Assembly: GCA_045534575.1 (NCBI GenBank)
Contig: JAZSJZ010000006.1
Location: 14,374-78,373 of the forward strand
Length of the DNA: 64,000 nucleotides
Source: Christensenellaceae bacterium
Lineage (GTDB): Bacteria > Bacillota > Clostridia > Christensenellales > Borkfalkiaceae
Direction: 5' to 3'
A model generated the notes under the pieces. It was not told where the DNA came from. It made no database searches and saw only the letters and a list, made by a program, of their open reading frames with translations. This document shows, piece by piece, positions 36,926 to 46,161 of this stretch. The translations under genes were made by a program, and so were the position numbers. Each line of letters starts with the position of its first letter. The first letter of the stretch is position 1.

Positions 36926-37777
36926 ATGAAAAAGATCTCAAGTCTTCTCGTTATCGTGCTTTCGCTCGTTTTAGCGACTTGCATTGTGTTTACGGGATGT
37001 AACAAAAACAAAGGTGAAAACTCAAGCTCTAGTTCTACACAAGGAAGATTATCCGTTGGTGGCGACGATGAATCTTCATCTTCATCTAGCGTTGAAGATT
37101 CAAGTAGTTCTAGTTCAACCGGCGCGCCACAAGGACCAAGTTCTTCAAGCGTTGAACCAGGTGCATCTAGTTCTTCAAGCTCTTCAAGCTCAACTTCAAC
37201 TCAGCCAGGCTCGTCAGATTCATCTCAAGGCGGTGGTGGCGGTGGTTCTGCAACCGTTGTTGCTTTCTTCGATTTCTCAACTTTAGGTTTAGCAAAGGGC
37301 GATGCTGTTAACGGACTATACAATAACAATTTCTATAATATTATAGCTGGTGTATACACTACTTCAACTGCTGGCATTGCAGCGCTTGACGGTTCTCAAC
37401 AAGGCCACTCTTTCACTGGTGCTGTTCAACTTGGTAAAAAAGGCTCGTTCTCTAACAAGTCTATTCAATTCACAGTAACGGGCGCTTGCACTATCGAAGT
37501 TTACGCAACTCGCGGTTCTTCTACTGTTGCTAGCGGTAACTTATCACTAGTAAACCAAGCAGGTCAAACAGTTGCAACTTTGCAACCTACTGCTGACCTT
37601 AACGTTCAAGTTTTCCAAATTACTACTGCTGGAACTTACGCACTTTGCGCTTTAGACGACGTTTCTTCAATAAACGTTTGGGGTATTGCGGTTGAAGGTG
37701 AAGACGTTGGCGGTGGAGATGACGTAGAAGATTCTTCAAGCGAAAGAGATCCTGATACGCCTAACTACGACAACTAA
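36926..37777 (+). CDS. lipoprotein with long Ser-rich linker and beta-rich C-terminal domain of unknown function
   Basis: MKKISSLLVIVLSLVLATCIVFTGC lipobox. ATG 36926 preferred (AAGGTGA RBS) over the track GTG 36917. Confidence 0.5.
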   Translation: MKKISSLLVIVLSLVLATCIVFTGCNKNKGENSSSSSTQGRLSVGGDDESSSSSSVEDSSSSSSTGAPQGPSSSSVEPGASSSSSSSSSTSTQPGSSDSSQGGGGGGSATVVAFFDFSTLGLAKGDAVNGLYNNNFYNIIAGVYTTSTAGIAALDGSQQGHSFTGAVQLGKKGSFSNKSIQFTVTGACTIEVYATRGSSTVASGNLSLVNQAGQTVATLQPTADLNVQVFQITTAGTYALCALDDVSSINVWGIAVEGEDVGGGDDVEDSSSERDPDTPNYDN

Positions 37778-37911
37778 TTAGATTTTGTTCTTAGTTAAAC
37801 TTAATAAATCATAAATCTTGCGCCCTTCTTAGGGCGCAAAAACTATATATAGTGGTTTTCGTTGCAAAGTTTATGGATGCATAAAAATTGCATTATTTCA
37901 GTGAAAATCGC

Positions 37912-37940
37912 TTGACAATATTATAATAATATAGTAAAAT
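37912..37940 (+). promoter_or_regulatory. sigma-A-type promoter of rpmG-secE-nusG
   Basis: TTGACA, 17 nt spacer, TAAAAT. Confidence 0.5.
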
Positions 37941-37990
37941 TGATTAGCACTTCGGGAACGGGGTGTTAATTTTTTAGGAAGGCAAAGAAA

Positions 37991-38152
37991 ATGGCAAAGG
38001 GAGTTAGAACAAGAATTACGTTAGCATGCACAGAATGCAAGCAAAGAAATTACGACGTTTATAAGAACAAGAAAAACACTCCGGACAGAATCGAACTTAA
38101 CAAATATTGTCCGTTCTGCAAAAAGCATACTGCACACAAAGAAACGAAGTAA
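37991..38152 (+). CDS. rpmG: 50S ribosomal protein L33
   Basis: Not in the ORF track (53 aa). [53 protein letters not shown] with CxxC...CxxC; canonical position before secE. Confidence 0.9.
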   Translation: MAKGVRTRITLACTECKQRNYDVYKNKKNTPDRIELNKYCPFCKKHTAHKETK

Positions 38153-38184
38153 TTTTTGCATAGAGTTTTTTAAAGAGGTTTATA

Positions 38185-38427
38185 ATGAGCAAAGAAACAT
38201 CTAAAAAAGAAAAGGGCAAAAAGCCTAATTTTTTCGTTAGAATAGGAAGCTGGTTCAAGGTTAAATTCGGCGGAATGAAGTCGGAGATTAAAAAGGTTTC
38301 TTGGCCAAAGTTTGGCACGGTTGTTAAGCAAACGGGCGTTGTTCTTGCTGTCGTTTTAGTTTTCTTAATCGTGGTAACTTTATTCGATTCCGGTTTAACG
38401 GCTTTAGTTGGTCTTTTGATGAAATAG
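38185..38427 (+). CDS. secE: preprotein translocase subunit SecE
   Basis: 80 aa, EIKKVSWPKF motif and a single C-terminal TM; rpmG-secE-nusG synteny. Confidence 0.85.
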   Translation: MSKETSKKEKGKKPNFFVRIGSWFKVKFGGMKSEIKKVSWPKFGTVVKQTGVVLAVVLVFLIVVTLFDSGLTALVGLLMK

Positions 38428-38436
38428 GGAGTGAGT

Positions 38437-38967
38437 ATGAGAACACCTGACACACCTGCATGGTATATTCTTCATACCCGTTCTGGTTACGAGGCTTTGG
38501 TTAAAACAGGGCTTGAAAAACTTATCGAAAACAGTAACCTTGGCGATACTATTTTCGATATTCAAATCCCAATGGAACAAACCATAGAAGAGAAAAACGG
38601 CAAAAAGAAGGTTGTTTTAAGAAAGAGATTTCCTTCATACGTTTTTCTTAAAATGATTTATAAAAACGATTTATGGTTCGTTATCACAAACACTCGTGGC
38701 GTTACGGGCTTTGTAGGCCCACAAGGTAAGCCAACGGCTTTAACCGAAGCGGAAGTTAAAAGGCTTGGGTTAGAGACTAAGGTTGAGAATTTCGACGTTG
38801 TTGTTGGCGATACGGTTAAAATCGTTACGGGCGCGCTCGAAGGCTTCATTGGCGAAGTTGAATCGCTTGATAATAACAATCAAAAGGCAATGGTTAAAGT
38901 TTCTATGTTCGAAAGAGAAACAAGCATCGAAGTAACCTTTGCAGAACTTAGTAAAATAGATGCTTAA
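38437..38967 (+). CDS. nusG: transcription termination/antitermination factor NusG
   Basis: WYILHTRSGYE NGN domain, KOW VGDTVKIVTGALEGFIGEV. ATG 38437 preferred for RBS spacing over GTG 38431. Confidence 0.95.
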   Translation: MRTPDTPAWYILHTRSGYEALVKTGLEKLIENSNLGDTIFDIQIPMEQTIEEKNGKKKVVLRKRFPSYVFLKMIYKNDLWFVITNTRGVTGFVGPQGKPTALTEAEVKRLGLETKVENFDVVVGDTVKIVTGALEGFIGEVESLDNNNQKAMVKVSMFERETSIEVTFAELSKIDA

Positions 38968-39070
38968 TTTAAATTAGTTATTGCTCGCAAAAAGGTTTTG
39001 CGAGTTGTGGGAGAGGCGTTAAATTTTTTCTATGGCGCCTTGCAATTACCACTTATATGGAGGTATAATT

Positions 39071-39496
39071 ATGGCAAAAAAAGTTACGGCTGTAGTAAAA
39101 CTTCAATTACCTGCCGGTAAAGCAACTCCGGGCCCACCTGTTGGTTCAACCTTAGGTCCTTACGGTATCAACATTCCGGGCTTCACGAAGGAATTCAACG
39201 CAAAAACGACTGATAAGGCTGGTCTTATCATTCCTGTAGTTATCACGATTTATCAAGATAGATCCTTCACGTTCATCATGAAAACCCCGCCTGTTCCTGT
39301 TCTTATCAAGAAGGCGTGCGGTATCGAATCGGCAAGTGCAACACCTAACAAAGTTAAAGTTGCTAAACTTACCAAGGCGCAAGTTGAAGAAATTGCCAAG
39401 ACGAAGATAGTTGATACTAATGCTGCTTCACTCGAGGCTTGCATGAGCATGGTTGCTGGTACTGCTCGCAGTATGGGCATCACTGTTGAGGACTAA
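39071..39496 (+). CDS. rplK: 50S ribosomal protein L11
   Basis: [25 protein letters not shown]...; GGAGG RBS 7 nt upstream; the track ORF is 5'-extended. Confidence 0.97.
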   Translation: MAKKVTAVVKLQLPAGKATPGPPVGSTLGPYGINIPGFTKEFNAKTTDKAGLIIPVVITIYQDRSFTFIMKTPPVPVLIKKACGIESASATPNKVKVAKLTKAQVEEIAKTKIVDTNAASLEACMSMVAGTARSMGITVED

Positions 39497-39546
39497 TATA
39501 GTTTGTGGGAGGGTTTTTCCCGTTTGACCACAAGGAGGTTTATTTT

Positions 39547-40236
39547 ATGAAATACGGTAAAAAATACGTTGACAGTAGAAAATCTTACGACCGCGCTATT
39601 CAATACGAAGTTGGCGAGGCAATGGATATAGTATTAAACACTGCTAAGGCTAAATTTGACGAAACGGTTGAACTTCACGTTAAACTTGGTGTTGACCCTA
39701 AACAAGCCGACCAACAAGTTCGTGGCGTTATCGTTTTACCTAACGGAACTGGTAAATCTGTTAAAGTTCTCGTTATCGCTAAGGGCGAAAAGGCTGACCA
39801 AGCACAAGAAGCAGGCGCAGAATTCGTTGGCGCTGAAGAAATCGTTGCTAAAATCCAAAAGGAAAACTGGTTCGATTTCGACGTTGTTATCACCACCCCT
39901 GATATGATGGGCGTTGTTGGTAGAATTGGTAAGCTTTTAGGTCCTAAGGGTTTAATGCCAAACCCTAAGTCTGGCACGGTTACTATGGACGTTGCTAAGG
40001 CTGTTAAAGATGCTAAGGCTGGTAAAGTTGAATATAGACTTGATAAGCAAGCAATCATCCACTGCCCAATCGGTAAGAAGAGTTTTGGTAAGGAAAAACT
40101 TATCGAAAACTACACTGCTTTATACGAAGCAATAGTTAAGGCTAAACCAGCTGCTGCAAAAGGTCAATACGTAAAGAGCGTAACCTTAGCAAGCACAATG
40201 GGCCCTGGCGTTAAAGTTTCTAACAAAACTCTTTAA
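39547..40236 (+). CDS. rplA: 50S ribosomal protein L1
   Basis: [10 protein letters not shown]...[30 protein letters not shown]. Confidence 0.97.
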   Translation: MKYGKKYVDSRKSYDRAIQYEVGEAMDIVLNTAKAKFDETVELHVKLGVDPKQADQQVRGVIVLPNGTGKSVKVLVIAKGEKADQAQEAGAEFVGAEEIVAKIQKENWFDFDVVITTPDMMGVVGRIGKLLGPKGLMPNPKSGTVTMDVAKAVKDAKAGKVEYRLDKQAIIHCPIGKKSFGKEKLIENYTALYEAIVKAKPAAAKGQYVKSVTLASTMGPGVKVSNKTL

Positions 40237-40277
40237 TTTTAGTTGACACAATTAATTTTTTGTGTTAAAGTTACTAA

Positions 40278-40400
40278 GTAATAATTGAATAGCCGAAGAA
40301 AGCTGGTTTTAAGTCTCGCAAGAGCACCCGCCGAGGAAGTTTTAAAAACGCTATTTTATCGCGCTCTTTTGCTGTCCTTGGCAAAGGAGCGTCTTTTTTT
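40278..40400 (+). promoter_or_regulatory. rplJ (L10) leader with attenuator hairpin
   Basis: Structured leader after a TTGACA promoter-like site (40243). GCTCTTTTGC/GCAAAGGAGC stem plus T8 (40363-40400) just before the rplJ RBS. Firmicute L10 leaders are known to act by attenuation. Confidence 0.5.
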
Positions 40401-40427
40401 GGCTATATTCTTAAAGGAGGTATTATT

Positions 40428-40949
40428 TTGTCAGCAAATTTAGAGAACAAAAAGCAAGTTGTTGAAAGCATTAAGGAAAAAATCCAAAACGCTAAGTCAG
40501 TTGTTTTTGTTGACTACAAGGGTTTAACCGTTTTAGAAGACACTGAATTTAGAAATGAATTTAGAAAAGCAAACTGCGAATACAAAGTTTTGAAAAACAC
40601 CTTAGTTAGAAAAGCGTTCAACGAACTTGGTATCACTTGTTTTGACGAGGACTTAAACGGTCCAACAGCAGTTGCTTTTGGTGAAGACGAAACTGCTGCA
40701 GCAAAAGTAGTTGTTGAGGCTTGCAAAAAGTTCAACGACAAAATTTCAGTAAAAAGTGCATACGTTGACGGCGCTTACGTTGACGTTAAGGGTGTTAAAG
40801 CATTATCTGCAATGCCATCTAAGGAAGAACTCATTGCAAAAATGCTTGGTTCTATGCAAGCACCTATCACAAACTTTGCAGGTGCTTTATCTGGCATCAC
40901 TAGAAAACTCGTTATTGCGCTTAATGCAATTAGCGAAAAGAAGGCATAA
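40428..40949 (+). CDS. rplJ: 50S ribosomal protein L10
   Basis: TTG start with AAAGGAGG RBS; typical L10 sequence and position. Confidence 0.95.
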   Translation: MSANLENKKQVVESIKEKIQNAKSVVFVDYKGLTVLEDTEFRNEFRKANCEYKVLKNTLVRKAFNELGITCFDEDLNGPTAVAFGEDETAAAKVVVEACKKFNDKISVKSAYVDGAYVDVKGVKALSAMPSKEELIAKMLGSMQAPITNFAGALSGITRKLVIALNAISEKKA

Positions 40950-41011
40950 TTTGCCTAATCAACAAACAGCAAAATTTTAAAAAAATAAATAATAATCGGA
41001 GGATATTTAAA

Positions 41012-41383
41012 ATGGCTGATATTGCAAAATTTTTAGAAGAAATTAAGAGTATGACTGTTCTTGAACTTAACGAACTCGTTAAGGCTTTAGAAGAAGAATT
41101 TGGCGTTAGCGCTGCTGCTCCTGTTGCAGTTGCTGCTGCTCCAGCTGCCGCTGCTGCTCCAGCTGAAGAAGAAAAGACTGAATTCAACGTTGTTCTCAAA
41201 GACATGGGTAGCAACAAGATTGCTGTTATCAAGGCAGTTAGAGAAATCACTGGTCTTGGTTTAGCAGAAGCTAAGGCTTTAGCTGAAAAAGGTGGCGTAA
41301 TCAAAGAAGCTGTTGCTAAAGACGAAGCAGAAAAGATGGTTGCTAAGTTCAAAGAAGCTGGCGCAACTGCAGTTGCTGAATAA
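41012..41383 (+). CDS. rplL: 50S ribosomal protein L7/L12
   Basis: Ala-rich hinge, C-terminal domain [24 protein letters not shown]. Confidence 0.97.
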   Translation: MADIAKFLEEIKSMTVLELNELVKALEEEFGVSAAAPVAVAAAPAAAAAPAEEEKTEFNVVLKDMGSNKIAVIKAVREITGLGLAEAKALAEKGGVIKEAVAKDEAEKMVAKFKEAGATAVAE

Positions 41384-41400
41384 TTTAAGCAAAACAAAAA

Positions 41401-41424
41401 AGGCAAGTTATCTTGCCTTTTTTT
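41401..41424 (+). terminator. intrinsic terminator after rplL
   Basis: AGGCAAG-TTAT-CTTGCCT followed by T7. Confidence 0.8.
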
Positions 41425-41586
41425 GTTGCTAAAATTTATTTGCTTTTTTATGCTTTTTATAAAAATTAAGTTTTTTAAAGGGTATAAAACTTTGCAAAAT
41501 TTAAAGCGTTAAAAAATCAAGGAATTTTGAACAAAAATAAGTATTTTTGAATTTAAACTTAAACACTTGCAAAATATGCCGAAAAA

Positions 41587-41640
41587 TGTCGCATTTTGGC
41601 TTAAAATATGCGTGCAAAACATTTGTTAAAAATATCGACA
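41587..41640. promoter_or_regulatory. two 0A-box-like heptamers upstream of the spo0A homologue
   Basis: TGTCGCA (41587-41593) and reverse-complement TGTCGAT (41634-41640); each is one mismatch from TGTCGAA. Weak evidence in AT-rich DNA. Confidence 0.25.
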
Positions 41641-41743
41641 TTTTTTGTTTATTTTTGTTCAAAAATAATAAAAAATAGTTTGGAATTTTCGCGTTTTATG
41701 TTATAATTTTTATTGTTGAAAAAAGATATAAAAGGAGTCAAAA

Positions 41744-42505
41744 ATGTCTAAACACACTGTATTTATTTTACAAGAGAAACAGAGTGCAATAGATGAACTG
41801 ACGAAAATTTTAACAAGCGCCGATTTTGAGGTTATCGGTAGCAGTTGTTATGGCAATAAGGCAGTTGAAGCCGTTGCCGAGAGTAAACCTGATTTTTTAA
41901 TTCTTGGAATAATTTCGTTTTGTCTTGACGGGCTAGAGGTTATGGCAAGGGTAAAAGAAATGAAAGTTAATACTAAATGCATCGTTATAAGTTCCATAAC
42001 TAGAGAAGAAATCATCCAAAAGGCTTTTGAAGAGGGCGCTTATTACTACTTTGCAAAACCGCTTGATGAAAAAGTTTTGGTCGATAGGCTTTTAGGCTTT
42101 ATGAAAAAAGAGCAAGTGGCTGAGGTTAAATCGTTTAGCGGTGAGATTAAAAAGAGCGTGAGTTTAGATGAAAAAATCAGCAAAATTTTCATATCGGTTG
42201 GAATTCCACCGCATATCAAGGGTTATACATATCTTCGCGAAGGCATAAAAATGGCGGTCAAAACGCCTGAAGTTATAAACAACATAACTAAAAAACTTTA
42301 CCCGTCGATTGGCGAAAAATATCAAACGTCGGCGTCGAAGGTAGAAAGAGCGATTCGCCACGCAATCGAAGTTGCTTGGAATAGGGGCAGAATAGATAGC
42401 ATAAATTCAATTTTTGGAGTTAGGGCTTACGTTGGTAGCGAAAAGCCTACTAACGGCGAATTTATTGCACTCGTTGCCGATAAAATGATTCTCGAAGGGG
42501 CTTAA
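41744..42505 (+). CDS. spo0A: Spo0A-family sporulation regulator with degenerate (pseudo-)receiver domain
   Basis: C-terminal domain matches Spo0A very closely (GIPPHIKGYTYLREGI, SKVERAIRHAIEVAWNRG, KPTNGEFIALVADKM). The receiver fold is present but D10/D11/D56 equivalents are Q10/E11/G55. Confidence 0.85.
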   Translation: MSKHTVFILQEKQSAIDELTKILTSADFEVIGSSCYGNKAVEAVAESKPDFLILGIISFCLDGLEVMARVKEMKVNTKCIVISSITREEIIQKAFEEGAYYYFAKPLDEKVLVDRLLGFMKKEQVAEVKSFSGEIKKSVSLDEKISKIFISVGIPPHIKGYTYLREGIKMAVKTPEVINNITKKLYPSIGEKYQTSASKVERAIRHAIEVAWNRGRIDSINSIFGVRAYVGSEKPTNGEFIALVADKMILEGA

Positions 42506-42717
42506 TAGGTTGTAATTTTAAACAAAAATCTTTTGCTAAATCTTAAAAAACATTAATTTTTAGTAAAATATAAAAAAATATCAAAAAATTTATAAAAAAC
42601 ACTTTACAAATTTTCATATAATAAATATAATAAGTGCGCTTGAATCATTTAAGCGCATATATTTTTTGCAAGTTTTGCATAGAATTGCGTATAAGAGCGT
42701 TCATTTGGAGGTTTTTC

Positions 42718-43260
42718 ATGCCAAAATATAAACTTTGCCCAAGATGTGAGTTAAATTATATTCTAGAAGACGAGCAATTTTGCGGTGTTTGTAAAGCCGA
42801 ACTTAAAATAGGCCCTCAACTCACGTTCGCCGTTGACGACGATGAGGATAATCAAGAAAAACTTTGCCCTATTTGCAAAAGGGTTTATATTCCCGTTACC
42901 GCCGATATGTGCGATACCTGCAAAGAACAATCGCAATATGGCGACGATAAGGACGAAATTGATCTCGATAAGGATGAAAAATGGCGTGATTTCCTCGATG
43001 ACGACGAGAAAGACGATATCATAAACAAGGAAAATAGCGAGGAATTCTTGTCTTTATCGGAACTTGAAAAGCAAGAGGCTGAGGAACTTTTCGACGACGA
43101 GGAAGAAGAATATACTGACGACGACGAAATGATGGAAACTCGCGACGATTTTGACGACGATTTCGAAATTATTCCTTTCAAAGAAGGCGACTACGACGAA
43201 GACGACGAGGATGACGACGAAGACGATGACGATTTCGACGACGAGGATGACGATATTTAA
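42718..43260 (+). CDS. zinc-ribbon protein with extremely acidic C-terminal tail
   Basis: Start at ATG 42718 (GGAGG RBS). CPRC..CGVC and CPIC..CDTC pairs, then a D/E-rich tail ending DDEDDDEDDDDFDDEDDDI. Confidence 0.5.
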   Translation: MPKYKLCPRCELNYILEDEQFCGVCKAELKIGPQLTFAVDDDEDNQEKLCPICKRVYIPVTADMCDTCKEQSQYGDDKDEIDLDKDEKWRDFLDDDEKDDIINKENSEEFLSLSELEKQEAEELFDDEEEEYTDDDEMMETRDDFDDDFEIIPFKEGDYDEDDEDDDEDDDDFDDEDDDI

Positions 43261-43294
43261 GTTTTAGAATAATTTTCTTGAATTTGGCAATAAT

Positions 43295-43552
43295 ATGTTT
43301 ATGATTAAGTCAAATTTAAGTTTTGAATCTGTAAAGCGAGCGGTTGAGGCGCTGTTTAACCAAAAGGTTAAAATCACGCAAAACTTAGGCAGAAACAAGT
43401 TCGTTTCATATCAAGGCGTGGTAAGCGGGGTGTATCCAGCGCTGTTTACCATAACGCCAGACCTTCCTAATAACTTTAAAACGAGTTTTTCTTACGCTGA
43501 AGTTATTTGTGGAGACGTTAAAATTTCAACAAAACAAGAAAAAAGGGGCTAA
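43295..43552 (+). CDS. veg: Veg-family protein
   Basis: KITQNLGRNKFVSYQGVVSGVYPALFTI...SFSYAEV parallels B. subtilis Veg (LKANGGRRK..ERSGIL.ETYPSVFVI..SYSYADI). Confidence 0.75.
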   Translation: MFMIKSNLSFESVKRAVEALFNQKVKITQNLGRNKFVSYQGVVSGVYPALFTITPDLPNNFKTSFSYAEVICGDVKISTKQEKRG

Positions 43553-43653
43553 GAGCCCTTTTTTTGTTGCGTTTAAAAGCAAAAAAGTTAGTGTTTGTTC
43601 TAAATTTTAGCCTTTAATCATAATATTACTTAGAGAATTTTCGAGGTGATAAA

Positions 43654-45120
43654 ATGATTCAAGCGGAATATGATAATTTTACGTTATGCTCAAAAAAATG
43701 CACACAAAAAAAGAACGAACTAGAGTGTTCGCTCAATCTATCTCAAGACTATTTTGATAAAATTTTGTCAGTTTCGGCTAAAATTGTTGAAACTACGGCA
43801 AACGTTGAGGCTGGTTTAATTATTTATGGCGGAACGGTTGTTTTTAACGCAATTTTCCAAAACGAAGAACTAGAGCGAAACGAGGTTGGCGCAAGATTTT
43901 CCTTCTCGATGCCAATCGATGGTGGAGCAACAAATGCTAGCGCAAAATATCAAATAGATAACGTTAAAATCAAAAAAGAAGGCGGAATGCTTTTTGCCGT
44001 TCTAGATTTAACCTCTATTATTTGCTACGTTGAAAAGGAAGACAAAAAATATTTAACAAGTTCAAATTGCCTTGTTAATCGTGCTAAAAACTTTAGCCTT
44101 TGCGATATTGAATTTGGAAAAGTTTTCGACCTTGACGACGAGTTTGATGTTAAACGCATAAAAAAGGTGCTTTGGCAGGATGCTAGAGCGAGCGTAACTT
44201 CACTAGAAGTGAAAGAAAATGCCGTTATTTGCGATGGCGAGGTAACCTTGTGCGTTTGTTTGTTGCCTTTTTTAGAAAATAGTGATATATTAAAAGAAGA
44301 AAGAATTATTCCTTTCCGTTTTGAAGTGGATGCTGATGGGGCTGAGAGTTTTATGCTCGCAAGGTCTTCAGCAAGCGTTGAGAAGTTGCAACTTAAAGTT
44401 GTTGTTGATGAAGAAAATAACAAATCAACCATAACCGCCGAGATTGCCGTGAAAATTTTTGGCTTCGTTCAAGGCGAAATTGAAGAAGATTTTATCGTTG
44501 ACGTTTTTAGCCCAACCGTAGAACTGAAGCCAAGTTTTGTTGAAAGGTCGATTGATAAACTCATTTCACAAACGAGTTTTATTCACAAAATTTCAGGTAA
44601 AGCCATTTGCGACGTGCCAGAATATTCACGCTTTATCAAACTTATTTGCGAAAGCATTGAGTATTCCACGTCTTTAGAAAACGACGAAATTTTGCTCGTT
44701 GGCGTTATGAATGCAGACGCGCTTTTCTCTTCAGGAGAGGGCGAACTTATCTGCAAAAAAGCCTCGCTTCCGTTCACGATAAATCTTCCAACTGAGGGCG
44801 ACGAAAAGGAAGTTGAAGCCGTTTTGCAAAGCGTTTCGGCAAAACTTAGAAGCGGTGCAATAGAGGTCGATTTAGCACTTAGAATTTGTGAGGTAAAAAC
44901 CAAGAAGTTGGTCTATATGCTCGTTAACGACGTTATTGAGGGTGAAGAAACGCCAGAAAACGATAGCGCAATTAGCGTTTATATTGCTCAAAAGGGCGAT
45001 GACGAATGGACTTGTATGAAACGGTTGCAAGCGTCAATTGAAGAAATTTATAAGTTCAATAAAGATATTGAATTTCCGCTTAAAGGCGATGAGAGAATAA
45101 TCGTGTTTAGGCAAAAATAA
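43654..45120 (+). CDS. DUF3794-like repeat protein with C-terminal LysM-like motif (SipL/SpoVID-analogue candidate)
   Basis: 488 aa. C-terminus SVYIAQKGDDEWTCMKRLQASIEEIYKFN...GDERIIVF fits the LysM pattern; lies between veg and ispE among sporulation genes. Family assignment is from memory only. Confidence 0.4.
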   Translation: MIQAEYDNFTLCSKKCTQKKNELECSLNLSQDYFDKILSVSAKIVETTANVEAGLIIYGGTVVFNAIFQNEELERNEVGARFSFSMPIDGGATNASAKYQIDNVKIKKEGGMLFAVLDLTSIICYVEKEDKKYLTSSNCLVNRAKNFSLCDIEFGKVFDLDDEFDVKRIKKVLWQDARASVTSLEVKENAVICDGEVTLCVCLLPFLENSDILKEERIIPFRFEVDADGAESFMLARSSASVEKLQLKVVVDEENNKSTITAEIAVKIFGFVQGEIEEDFIVDVFSPTVELKPSFVERSIDKLISQTSFIHKISGKAICDVPEYSRFIKLICESIEYSTSLENDEILLVGVMNADALFSSGEGELICKKASLPFTINLPTEGDEKEVEAVLQSVSAKLRSGAIEVDLALRICEVKTKKLVYMLVNDVIEGEETPENDSAISVYIAQKGDDEWTCMKRLQASIEEIYKFNKDIEFPLKGDERIIVFRQK

Positions 45121-45134
45121 AAAAGAGGTAACTA

Positions 45135-46052
45135 ATGAAAACGGTTCGCGAAAAAGCTTACGCAAAAATAAATTTGTTTTTAGATATCGTAGGGGTTGAC
45201 GATGTTGGCTACCATATGCTCGATAGCGTTGTTTCAACCATTTCGCTTTTCGATAGCGTTACGGTAACTAAAAGAAAAGACGATAAAATCGTTTTAAAAA
45301 CAGCGGGCAGTTTGTATTCTATAACCGACGGGTTTGATAACAACGCCTATAAAGCGGCAAAACTTCTTCAAGAAACTTACCAAACATTGGGCGTTGATAT
45401 AACGCTTAATAAAAATATTCCCGTAGCAAGCGGTCTAGGCGGTTCTTCTGCCGATATTGCCGGCGTTTTAAAAGCAATGAAAAAACTTTTTGCAATAAAA
45501 GAAGATATTAAACCGCTTGCCGATAAGTTAGGAAGTGATTCGGGTTATCTTTTAACGGGTGGCTTTGCTAGGCTAACAGGTAGGGGCGAAATTGTAGAAG
45601 AACTTGAGTTAACTAATAAACTTTATCTCGTTATAGCCGTTGCTAAAGGCGGGGTGAACACGGCGGATTGCTATAAGGAGTTCGACAACGAAAAAACCTT
45701 GCCAAAATTAGGCGGAGCATTAAACCTTATCGAAAACTTATCTAAAAACCAAATTGACCAAAATGATTTTTATAACGCACTTTATCTTCCAGCAACTAAG
45801 ATTAACCAAAAAGTGAAAGAACTTTATGAAGATATGAAAGCGTTATCGCCAAAAGCAGTTGCAATGAGCGGGAGCGGAAGTAGTGTGTTCGCAGTATTCG
45901 ATTCGTTCGAACTTACCGAGTGGGCTCGTTTAAAATTAAAGAAAAAGTATAAAGACGTGTTTACTGCTCAAACGCTAACCAAAGACGAAATGCTAAAAGG
46001 CGGGCTTTTTGCCAAATCGCCTTATCGGCTTGAAGAAGACGAAATGAAATAA
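45135..46052 (+). CDS. ispE: 4-diphosphocytidyl-2-C-methyl-D-erythritol kinase
   Basis: AYAKINLFLDIVG, PVASGLGGSSADIAGVL GHMP kinase motif. Confidence 0.9.
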   Translation: MKTVREKAYAKINLFLDIVGVDDVGYHMLDSVVSTISLFDSVTVTKRKDDKIVLKTAGSLYSITDGFDNNAYKAAKLLQETYQTLGVDITLNKNIPVASGLGGSSADIAGVLKAMKKLFAIKEDIKPLADKLGSDSGYLLTGGFARLTGRGEIVEELELTNKLYLVIAVAKGGVNTADCYKEFDNEKTLPKLGGALNLIENLSKNQIDQNDFYNALYLPATKINQKVKELYEDMKALSPKAVAMSGSGSSVFAVFDSFELTEWARLKLKKKYKDVFTAQTLTKDEMLKGGLFAKSPYRLEEDEMK

Positions 46053-46070
46053 ACTCAATAAAAAGAAATA

Positions 46071-46100
46071 GCGCAACCTAAAAAGGTTTGCGCTTTTTTT
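46071..46100 (+). terminator. intrinsic terminator after ispE
   Basis: GCGCAACC/GGTTTGCGC stem (one bulge) followed by T7. Confidence 0.6.
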
Positions 46101-46161
46101 GTTTAAGAAACTTTAAACGTGTCAATACTTATAGTATCACAAATAAAGGGGACTTAAAAAA

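Noticed and set aside
36984-37286. 100-aa alternative-frame ORF inside the Ser-rich lipoprotein gene
   Set aside because: It is a frame-shifted reading of the TCT/AGC-rich linker and has no start signals.
39032-39546. 5'-extended track ORFs for rplK (39032) and rplA (39505); likewise 1412, 25767, 27207, 36917, 38431, 42634 and 52625
   Set aside because: In each case an internal ATG with a proper Shine-Dalgarno sequence gives the canonical N-terminus. For 25767 and 52625 the promoter -10 lies inside the extension, and for 1412 an operator-like palindrome does.
40930-41406. 158-aa minus-strand ORF covering rplL
   Set aside because: It is antisense to L7/L12, and its Ala-rich translation mirrors the Ala-rich hinge. 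rplL is unambiguous.
42693-42710. GCGTATAAGAGCGTTCAT upstream of the zinc-ribbon gene as a degenerate repeat copy
   Set aside because: Only about 12 of 15 positions match and the conserved head and tail are absent. That is too weak to call.
42885-43181. 98-aa Ser-rich minus-strand ORF
   Set aside because: It is antisense to the GAC/GAA-rich acidic tail of the zinc-ribbon protein, so it is a compositional artefact.
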